64,000 nt of DNA from Podarcis filfolensis (Eukaryota): NCBI GenBank assembly GCA_964270895.1, contig OZ185448.1; one strand, 5' to 3'. Within the stretch, counting starts at the first letter, position 1. Each line of letters opens with the position of its first letter. The notes below the pieces were generated by a model that searched no databases, was not told the DNA's origin, and saw only the letters and a list, made by a program, of their open reading frames with translations. This document shows positions 1-10,500 of this stretch, piece after piece. The translations under genes were made by a program, and so were the position numbers.

Positions 1-69
1 AGTGAAATAGATTAAGCTCTCTAAGTCTTTTGGAGATAAATTTCCTATCCCTGTGGTCATTTCGCTCCT

Positions 70-202
70 TAGAATCGTAGAGTTGGAAGGGACCATGAGG
101 GTCATCTAGTCCAACCCCCTGCCATGCAGGAATCTTTTGCCCAACGTGGGGCTCAAATCCACACCCCTGAGATTATGAGTCTCATGCTTTACCGAGCTAT
201 CC
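70..202 (-). mobile_element. SINE with tRNA-Lys(CTT)-like head and CR1-like 3' tail
   Basis: The minus strand reads GATAGCTCGGTAAAGCATGAGACTCATAATCTCAGGGGTGTGGATTTGAGCCCCACGTTGGGC, a degenerate tRNA-Lys. It continues GGGGGTTGGACTAGATGACCCT...CCCTTCCAACTCTACGATTCTA, a CR1-type 3' end. A second copy lies at 46874-47011. Confidence 0.8.
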
Positions 203-1843
203 TTCTTTGTACTAAATTTACGTCAATTGAAGAACCCTCTAAATTATCTTTTAAAATATCTAATTTGACTATATCTTAAGATGGCAATGGATTCCAACTC
301 TCCAGGTGCCAGCATTCCTGCCTCTCTCAGGCTGACTGTTTTGCAGGCATCTCAGTAGACAACTCTCCCTCTTCTTGACTCCTATTCTCTGCTTGTGACT
401 AATGATGGCTTTGAATGATGTGGGTTAATCTGGCTTCCAAGTGCTAGGATTCTGTTGCCCAGATCCAGTAAGGTGTGGCTTCACACAGAAACGGATTCTG
501 CCTACTAATTGTTGTCACCACATGGCCGAGAGGAGACACACCTAGCATCTGGCAGCTTGGGTTGCACATGGAGGTCTGGCTCCAACCCAGCAGGCCCACG
601 ACCATCACTTGATCTGCTTTCCTCCAAGGCTGAAATTTGTCCTAAGCGCTCAGTCTCTCCCACAAGCTCTTAGGTTAGGGTGTATGAGACTACATTTAGC
701 AATGCAGCTAATTATCTTAAAGCCCCGCAATAAAATATTGTAATTACTTGTGGGATTATTTCTCACATTTTTTAATTATAAGGGGAAATAATTTCATAAA
801 TGTTTTTGGCTTGATATTTTTTATTTTTAAAAAAACAGTAGTCTTGAACTTTGACTATTTCCCATGTCATTTCAATCTAATAGTAACACTACCACGTCAT
901 GTTTAAAATATATGTACCCCTCTCTTTATATATAAATAATAGCCTTGCTTGCTAGTAAAAGTACATGTGACATTTTATACGTAGTTTGATCATGTGTTTT
1001 TTATGTTGTATGTGACTTAATGACAGTTTCATATTAAAACTAGTCTTTCCTTATGTACTGCTTACATATACCTGTTTTTGGGATATCAGTTCAGTACTTT
1101 TATACAATCTCAAATGTGTTCCACATTGGTGACATTTATTTTTGCAACAACTTTAAATGAAAACGAAATTAGAGCATGTCTGAAATAACACGTGCAGTAG
1201 AACTGTGGTGTGCGGCAAAGTTGATGTATGTAATTCAAATTGGAAACAAACGCCCAGACTTTGTCCATTATTATTCCTTTAGTTCAGCCTTCCCCAACAA
1301 CGGGGACCCTCGAGATGTTTCTGGACTCCAGTTCCCCCCATCATCCCTCAAGCCTGGTCATGCTGGCTGATGTGAGTTGTAGTTCAGTTGAACGTCTGGA
1401 GAGTACCAGGTTGGGGAAGGCTGCTTTAGTAAGAAATTTAATTACTATGTAATGCAAATGATTTCATATCATGGTGTGTGTTAAGCTACTCTATGACGTA
1501 TAGGAACCATGTTTATGTCTCTGGATAGTTAGCTGGTCTTACATTACAAGCTGAGTTCTAGTAGATGATAGCAAGTGCATCAACCAGTGTAAATGCCTTA
1601 AGGCACACACAGAATTTGTGTCCGATCTAAATGGTTAAATGTTTCAATGTGCGATACCGAGAAATGGGTGCCCATTTGATTGCATTACCAAAATGACAAT
1701 CCTATGTTTGTATTTTCTTCAGGATGTTCATCATAAAAAAAGAAAAATGTGAGGGCACCATATCAGAATTTTAATTCACTGCTGGAATTGTTAATATTTC
1801 AATTCACTTTTCACAAAGTTGAAGACGGACAGAATTAAGTGCT

Positions 1844-1909
1844 TGTAAAATGAATGTTAATAAAGTCATGTCAAAGTAACAAAGGAGAATGGAAGGTGTT
1901 CTGTTTGTG
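1844..1909 (+). terminator. Candidate polyadenylation site of an upstream plus-strand gene (PYGO1 by synteny)
   Basis: TGTA at 1844, AATAAA at 1859-1864 and a GT-rich tract at 1896-1909 follow an AT-rich, UTR-like stretch. The gene identity is inferred only from human gene order. Confidence 0.35.
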
Positions 1910-4109
1910 CATGAAGCACTGCATCACATACTTGCTTGTATTAGGAAGTCATTGCAATACCTTTTGTCACATCTTAATTGATCATTGTTGTGAATCTGAA
2001 GAATCAGGAAGAAAAGATTTTATCCTGTTTAATTCACAAGCTGCTAGATTTGATGTTTACCTGACTGTAGTGGGTGCTTGCTGGAGTGGCAGCTGTATGA
2101 ACTCTGCTTACCCTGTAGGCAGCAACATCTCTGCCAGAGTGCCTTGACCATCTTCATTGCTAGCAAAGGCTGCAATCCTGTGCACGTTAACCTGAATGAA
2201 AGCCCCATCATACATTGAGAGTTACTTCTGAGGAAGCCTTTAGGGTCCAGGTCACAAGCTGAGTTGGCCTTGAGTTGGCTGTTAGTGCTGGTTGAGCAAC
2301 ACTTGGATTAAAAAAACAGAATGCCTGTTGAGTCCAGCTGGATGTGGGAACTGCACTCATCCTTGCCCTGGGCTGCTCTCTCTGTGCCTTAATAGAAGGC
2401 ATGAGCTGCCATATAGCTGAAGTTCAATGGGCAACTTACGGGGTTATAAAGGACTGCAGGTAGTCACTATGGCTGTGGATATAGCATTCATGATAATTTT
2501 AAAAACATTTTTATTGAGATGAGGATTTACCCATATAAGGAAAAATAGCATTAGTGCAATAATGAAGCTAAAACAAATAACCATATGAGCAGCTGCTGGA
2601 TTATTGACAACAGGGCACAACATGGAATGATGATGTCAATCAAGGGTAATACGTTAGTATTGTTCATACATTTGGACTCATTCAGCTGGGGAAGTGTTTC
2701 CAAGTGTGGAGATGGCCTATTAGCAATCAAACATGCAGGAGCTTTGTCAGGGGGGAAAGTAGCAACCCTGAAGATTTCTGCAAAAATATTTTAAACTACT
2801 TTAGTTCTGGAAGTTTTTTGTTTCTCTTCTACCTAAAGCATGGGAGGTAAAACTCTTTAAATAAACTGCGCAGCTGCTCCTCCTGGCTACAATCAACCTG
2901 TCCCAGGCATTCTTATTTATAGCAACCAATCTATTTCGGGAGTTATACTTCAGAGGTTGAAGCCACTATGATTTAACTTTGCCTACAGGACTGCAAATGG
3001 CAGGTGTCTCATGGTCGGAGTAGGGAGATGTTTGCTTTTCAGCAGTGCTTTTGATCTCGCTGATAACAAGTCTGGGTGGAAAGGATTTTCTAACTGCCCA
3101 GCACTTGGAAAATGCTGCTCCTGCTCTGGCCTCTATTCCAGTATTTTCCCAGTTGAAATGTATGCAAATGATCAATACTCTGGCCTGCATTTATCATGAC
3201 TTTTCTCTACTCCCCACCAATCTATATACTCTGATGATGCCTTTTCTCTGGGTGGGAGGGAAACGAAGGAAAAAGCAAACTATATTTGAACGTTTTTGCA
3301 GTTGGGCAAAATAAATAAATGCCTCCTTTTCAGGGGCTGCATATTGGCAGACTGGAGTTTTTGCAGGGAGCACCCAGGCGAATTTCGCTGTGGAATTTTG
3401 GAGTGCAATTCCACGCAGCCCTGAACTCACTGGAACAGTCCTGCGCGAGGGCACATGAGGTCTGCCCTGCTCCACAACCAATGGTGCGCCATTAAAAAAA
3501 AAGCTTGCACCCAGTGGCTCTCCTGTCCTCAACTGAGATCCACTTGGCCAGTGTACAAGTGGTGGCTGAGAACAGGCTGGAGGCTTTAGCAAACTTGGGG
3601 AAACAAACATGGGAGAAAGGTGGCTTATCTGCTTTGGAACTGCTGCAGTAAGCATTCTTCCTTTTGCGTGGTAAGCAGGAACTTTCTGTTGCAGAATTCC
3701 CTTCCTGTTTTTTGTTATTATTGAATTAAGAGGTTCAATCCTGTTGTTTAATCGAGTAATGCAGCTGAGGGAAGAAGTGGTGGTCAAATGGATTGTGGCT
3801 TTTGAAAGCCTCTCGGGAGTGGTTTCTTCGCTTTCAAATGTACCAGCGTTCTCAACTGCCTCCGAAAATCCCCCAATTGAGTTTTCATAGTAAAGGTTTG
3901 ATTTTGTAGTTGAAGGTGGGTGATGCAGATTGGGAAACCGATTATCTCTCCCCCCCCTTTCCTCTTCCTACGATTATTTAAACTGCTTTTGGTGTGCATA
4001 AATTGGTCTTTTCCCCCTCCCTCCCCCTGCCTACAAAGCAAAATCCTTTCCAGTAGAAATAAATGCTTGGAAGATGAAAAAAAAGAAAAAAATAAGAACC
4101 GCCAGGAGG

Positions 4110-4500
4110 GAAGGCAGCGCGCACGCGCGACCGCCCGCCATCCTCAGGCTCCGTTCGCTGGAAGTGCTTAAGAGCTTCCTGGAAACCGTTGCTTAGCAGC
4201 GGCGATGCCGCTACGGACGGGGCCCTTAGCAACGGGATCATGCCGGTGTGGGTGCGCGACTACAGCTGGGAGCAAACGGCCGAGGCCGTCTACCTGGTCG
4301 TCCCCTGGAGGGCCGCCCCGCTCCGCCGCGACGGCATTTTCTGCGCCGAGCGATACCTCAAGGTCTGCGGTAGCCCGGCGGGGGCAGGCGGGGCCTGGGG
4401 GGTGGGGTGGCCCTCATGCAGCCGGGGGCCCTTCGCCAGGAAAGGAAAAGAAGCAGTTGTTGTAGTGACAGGGCAGGGGGCGCCACGAAGACCCTAGCGG
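4110..4500 (+). promoter_or_regulatory. CpG-island promoter of DNAAF4 with RFX X-box-like motifs
   Basis: CpG-dense region. Motifs: GCTTCCTGGAAAC 4174-4186, GTTGCTTAGCAGC 4188-4200 and GGCCCTTAGCAAC 4221-4233, just upstream of the ATG at 4240. Confidence 0.7.
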
Positions 4501-7500
4501 ATCACTTGCAGTGCAAGCCTGTATGCGTCTACTCAGAAGTAAATCCCAGCGAGGTTTGCCCTCATCAGGCCCACGTAGGTCTTGCAACCTTAAGCTAGTG
4601 TTGCTGCTCTTTAAGGTAGAATTGTGAAGTTGGAAGGGACCCTGAGGGTCATCTAGTCCAACCCTCTGCAACACTGGAATAATGATCGGATCTCCCCTTC
4701 TTGTTCACGTGCTTTTTTTTAATGGAGCCACAGAGGGATGCCTCAGACTGGATTGAAAGAGCAGCACTGGGGCGGGGGGAGGATGTTGTCTTTATTTTGA
4801 TTGTATATATTGTGTTTTTTAGGGTGATCTTTTCTGTGAACCGCCTGAGATCTCCGGGTACAGGGCGGTATATAAATTCAATAAATAGTAATAACAATAA
4901 CACAGGAGTATGCAGCTATCCCATATGGGGATCAAACCTGCAACCTTGGCGTTATCAGCACCACGCTCTAACCAGGCTGACAAATGTGTTGGGGCCTAGC
5001 AGGTTCGGGGCAAGTATAACGTGTAAATGTTTTGGGATACATATTATTATTGTTGTTATTGTTATTTATTGCATTTATATCCCACCTTTCCTCCAAGCAT
5101 CTAAAGGTGGTGTGAAGCTTTGACTTGTGCCCCCAGCATGCTGCCCAAGTGTGTTTCTGAAATGCAAGCATATTCATGTTGATTTCTAAATGTTCTTATT
5201 AGGTAAATTCTCCTCCGTTTCTATTCGAAGCCATTCTCTATGCTCCTATAGATGATGTCCGCAGTACTGCCAAAATCGAGAATGGCTCAGTTTTCTTCAC
5301 CCTCTATAAAAAAGAAGCGGCCATGTGGGAATCCCTCATTATGGAAAATGGTGAGTTTTCCATTGGGTTGGTCTTAAACAAACCTTTGCTGACCTTCCTG
5401 CAGTATTTATATATGTTTCCTTTGCCACATATATGTTTCCTTTGCCACATATATGCATCACCATACTTATTATTATATATTAGCACTCACAATTCCTAAC
5501 ATTTTATATCTGATTTAACTAAAGCTTAACAAGTGATGTGATGCCCTTATTTTTGACTATATTCAGTAAAGTTAATCCAGTTTGCCATAAAGTTGTCTTG
5601 TCTTTGTTTCCTAATTTTAATAAAGTGTGTTAGTCTAGTGATTAGGGCAAACCCCTTTCCATGGGCGTAGCTAAGGGGGGTGGGGGGGCAGATGCCCCTC
5701 TCCCTAGATTCACAAATATTTTTGAGAAGCATTGAAAGTTGTTGTCTGATGTAGAGCTGTATATATCCTTTACAACATCCACATTTCTTGCCAATGCTTT
5801 ACAGATTTGTGTAATAATGAATGGGAAATTATTTATCCTGTAAAGGTCGGGGAGTAGAAATGTAAACCACTATTATTAGCAGTATTATTGTTATTATTAT
5901 TTTTATGTGTGTAATGGGACGCGGGTGGCGCTGTGGGTAAAACCTCAGTGCCTAGGACCTGCCGATCATATGGACGGCAGTTTGAATCCCCGCAGCGGGG
6001 TGAGCTCCCGTCTTTCGGTCCCAGCTCCTGCCCACCTAGCAGTTCGAAAGCACCCTTAAGTGCAAGTAGATAAACAGGTACTGCTTTATAGCGGGAAGGT
6101 AAATGGCGTTTCCGTGTGCTGCGCTGGTGCTGGCTCGCCAGAGCAGCTTTGTCACGCTGGCCACGTGACCCGGAAGTGTCTCTGGACAGTGCTGGCCCCC
6201 GGCCTCTTAAGTGAGATGGGCGCACAACCCCAGAGTCGGACACAACTGGCCCGTACGGGCAGGGGTACCTTTACCTTTAATGGCTGCTTGCTAAACACAA
6301 TAAACTGAACTAAACTTAACTCAGTTATCTGAGGTTCTGCCCCCCCCCCCAGCAGAAGCTTGTCCCCTGCAATGTCCTGTTTATGAGGTATTTTTACCCA
6401 TGATTTCCTAAAAAAATTCTCAACAACTTTGGCTGCACCTCCGCGCGCCCCCCCCCCCAGTCCTGGCTGTGCCCATGCCCCCTTCCTTTGTCAACTCATC
6501 TCTTTAACAAATGATGCATACAGCAGTCTCCACTTCCCCACATATTGATTGGACTCAAGGCAGCTTACAGATAAATACAAGAACTATTAAAACATAGAAA
6601 AAACAATCATTAAAAAAATTAAACATAAAGAGTTTTAGCTGCTCTTGCCATATAAGAAACACTGGTTCTAGTAGACTTTCATATCACACAGTCCCTTTTA
6701 CATGACTTTTTATTTTTATCCAATATTTCTTTGCCATATCATATTACTGCCATGTGTGGAACAAGTGTGTGTTTTACCTTTGCTGGGTATCCAGCAAAAG
6801 TAATGTGCTATATCCTCATTATCTAAAAACAGTTTTCTCTTATTTTCAAATTTAGAGAAAGCTTGTGTGCACTTTCCCCAAATATCTAATGTGTTATTCT
6901 CCTCACAGAGCCCATTTCATCATGAATTCTTTAACTTGTTTGGTTCTGTATTATATTTAACAAGTAACTGCTAGATTTTTGCTAATATGTGCCTGTTGGT
7001 CTCTGTTATTAAGTTGTTGAACTCTGTTGCTGCTTTTATTTGTTCATGTGTTCAAAGATTTTCCTAGACCTTAAATACTAAAACCATGGGCATTTCTTCC
7101 CTTCTCTTAATCTCCAATTAAGTGATCATAGTCCCCTGATATAATAAATTTTAAATCCTAAAAAGATTATTATTTATCCAGATTTCAAAACTTGTGCTTG
7201 TATTCCAATTGATTTTTGGCAGCATAGATTCTAAGGGTTTGGGCGCAACAGACACATATAATGATCCCAGGCACTTAACAAATTTGATAGTAGAAAATTA
7301 TCTTTAACTAACTGTTGCCTTACATTGCTGTTTCCGTATAATATTTTGTGCAAGGGTATTCTGATAACATTTACTCAGCTCTTGATATGAAATAATGTGG
7401 GGTCACTATCCAACCTCCTATCGAGTTTTTGCAATTTGCAATATACAACAAACTCAAATTTGAGATCTAGAGATTACCTCATCTCTCATCTTCATAAAGA

Positions 7501-10500
7501 ATTCTAGCTTTTACTATTTTTTATTATTCCAAACAAATCTTAATATAAGTTGTGGCTCTTTGTTCAACTGTTGAGTTAATATGTGTAAGTGAGCTGAACT
7601 CAGCTCAATTCTTTCTCGTGGCCTGGTAAGTTAAGTGCAGGATGTATTCTTGAAATATACACTAGCCTAACCCAAGCTCATCATCATACAGTGGCTGCAT
7701 AGGTTGTGAGCAAATTGACAGACCCTGTTCTAAAAAAATCATCAATGTAGAGCCACCCATGGTTTATGTGTGCTGCTGGTGGCAGAAACTAAACTAATCA
7801 CATCGGTAAGCTGCTCTGTGTAAACTGGTTATCTTCATAATTTGGCAGTGGATGAGAGGCCAAACAGTTTGATCCAAAAGCCAGAAGCAGCATTATAAAA
7901 TTGGGAAGTAAGAATGAGCTAAAATGTCAAGCTGCAGTGACAACCCCTCCAGGCAGTGCTGCAAAGGCAAAGAGGGGTTGGTAAGTAGCAATTAATTTGT
8001 CCCCAGAAGGGTTTAGTCTTCAGGGAGTCCTTGGCTCCTCCCCATGCATTGCTTACTGCTTCAGGGGGCATGATCTTTAGGTCCTCTTCTTGCCACTACT
8101 GTCCAGGGAGAACAATTCAGTTCCCAGCTCCTTGGCTACAACTTTGTCACTGGAAGTCTCTTTTCCCCTTCCTTCCTGCTGTTGGATGAGGGGATGGAAG
8201 GAGTTGCCCAATCAGCAGTGTTTGGCTTGCCTTACTGCCCCGCGAAGAACAGTGCCTGAATATCACTGCAGCTGACACAGTTTCAGAATCTCTCATTTCT
8301 CATACCTCAATTGTACTATCACACCTATTGGTCTTTTAATTGATATTGTAATGGTTCTCTTCAGGGGACAAGGGAGAAATGCAGAGAATCCGAGAGGATG
8401 CTGTGCGCAAAGCACAAGAGGACGCAAAATCAGAAGCAGAAGCAAAAGCTGCTCAGAAACGAGAGCGCAGCAAGTTTGCTGTGGAGGCCACAATTAAGGT
8501 AAATCTGGTGCTGCCTGAGTCATCCTTACGAGCGGAAAACAGGATTGCAAATAATGGATAACCAATATTATACCTACTGACAATATTATAAAGGTAAAGG
8601 GACCCCTGACCATTAGGTCCAGTCATGGCCGACTCGGGTTGCGGCGCTCATCTCGCTTTATTGGCCGAGGGAGCCGGCGTACAGCTTCCGGGACGTGTGG
8701 CCAGCATGACTAAGCCGCTTCTGGCGAACCAGAGCAGCGCACTGAAACGCCGTTTACCTTCCCACCGGAGCGGTACCTATTTATCTACTTGCACTTTGAC
8801 ATGCTTTCGAACTGCTAGGTTGGCAGGAGCAGGGACCGAGCAATGGGAGTTCACCCCGTTGCGGGGATTCAAACCGCAACCTTCTGATCAGCAAGCCCTA
8901 GGCTCTGTGGTTTAACCCACAGCGCTACCCGCGTCCCTTATTATATTATAATATTATACCTACTGACAATATTATACCTACTGACAAATGTTTCTTCAGA
9001 TGTTACAGTTTGCATTGCAGCCTCAAAGTTAACATGGGTGGAAGCTACACACATATTAAAAGCTCTGTGAAAATGCTTTCTTTAATAACGTTTTGAAAAA
9101 TGCATTGAATTTGGCATATCACATTCTTGCCATGTGTGGAACAAGTCACCCTTCTTTTTTATATATATATGGGCAGCAGTGTGTTTTACCTTTGCTGAGT
9201 ATCCAGCAAAAGTAATGTGCTATATCCTCCACCCCCTCCTTCGTAAGAGTTACTGTGTTGAATATAAGAGATAAGTCATGAAAGACTTTGCACCTTAAAA
9301 GTAGTTGTAGTGCAGCGTTTGACGGTTCTGCAATTCAATCAGCTAGAAGATGCGGAAAGAGAAAGGATAGAAGAGCTGAAAGAAAAGGAGCGGAAAAAAG
9401 CCACTGAGGAGATTGAGAAATGGAAAGAGCAGAATGAGAAACAAAAGAAGATTCATTTTCGTCAGCCACATCAGGAACACAGAAAAACCCCAGTGGAAAG
9501 CAAGCAAGAGAAAAAAAGGAAAGTGAAATCTTCAAGTAGAGGAACATCCAAGTCAAGTACAACTACAGGAGGTAAAATGTTCTTGCTGTTTTCAAAACAA
9601 ACATTTTAACCTTCCACTGCTTTTGGCTTGTGAAACCATTTCTAATCTGTATTCACCCTAGTATCCAGGCTCAGCATCATTGCTCCATTTTTTATTTCAG
9701 CTGCTTTTATTCCTTGCTAAAGTGTCAGCACAGTACTTTCCTCCTTTGTGGCATCTCCTGATAGGATGCATGAGGTGGGTGCCTGGGTAATGAAGAGTGT
9801 TGGCCCATTAGGTAACTCAGATCCGGCCCTCCTCAGAAGGCAGAAAACGTGCCTGGCTGGTATGATGTACAAACACCATTATAGCACAGACTACTGAACA
9901 ACTTCCAAATCGAAGTAACTTCTTATTGTTCCTACTATCTTCATTAACCTAGAAGCTAGCCTTTCTTCACCTGTGGGTTCTGTGAAAAGGGAACAATAAA
10001 CAACAAAGTTTAATACAATGGTCCTAGGACTTTACAGTATTGACAGTGCACAATAGTTTATCTGTAATTGGTTTTATATGTTCTCCATGATTATTTGTTA
10101 TTTATATTTTATATAAGCTCCAGTTATTGCCTTTATGGCTTTTTTTTAAAAAGTGATTTAACCTTTGAGATAAATTATCTAAAAGTGTTCCCATCCTGAG
10201 AGTTAGCTTGCCTGTTAGTGTTTCCCCTGAGGTCTTTTTCTTCCTTCTCAGTGACTTGCACCATCAGATGCACATGTGCTGGTGTGCTTCTTTGGGCCTT
10301 CAGGATCCCACCAGGCACTACCCCCAGGATACTGGATGCTCTAATCATAGCAAATGCCAAATGTTTATCTCAGCAGTGGTGATACAAATAAAGAGACCTT
10401 TTACATGCAGCTTCAGCCCTGTTAGTTGTAAATAATCTGTACTTGTATCATCCTGCCAACGCCTGCCAAATAAAGGTTAGAAAGAGGAAACCTATTTAGA

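Noticed and set aside
70-202. tRNA-Lys-like sequence (also 46940-47011, the Ile-like 4907-4980 and the Ala-like 13149-13189)
   Set aside because: The stems and boxes are degenerate and fused to retroposon tails, so these are SINE heads, not tRNA genes.
3194-3787. 197-codon minus-strand ORF divergent from the DNAAF4 promoter
   Set aside because: It has no recognisable homology and no convincing splice sites or Kozak context. About one ORF of this size is unsurprising by chance in six frames of 64 kb. Reconsider only if RNA-seq or PhyloCSF supports it.
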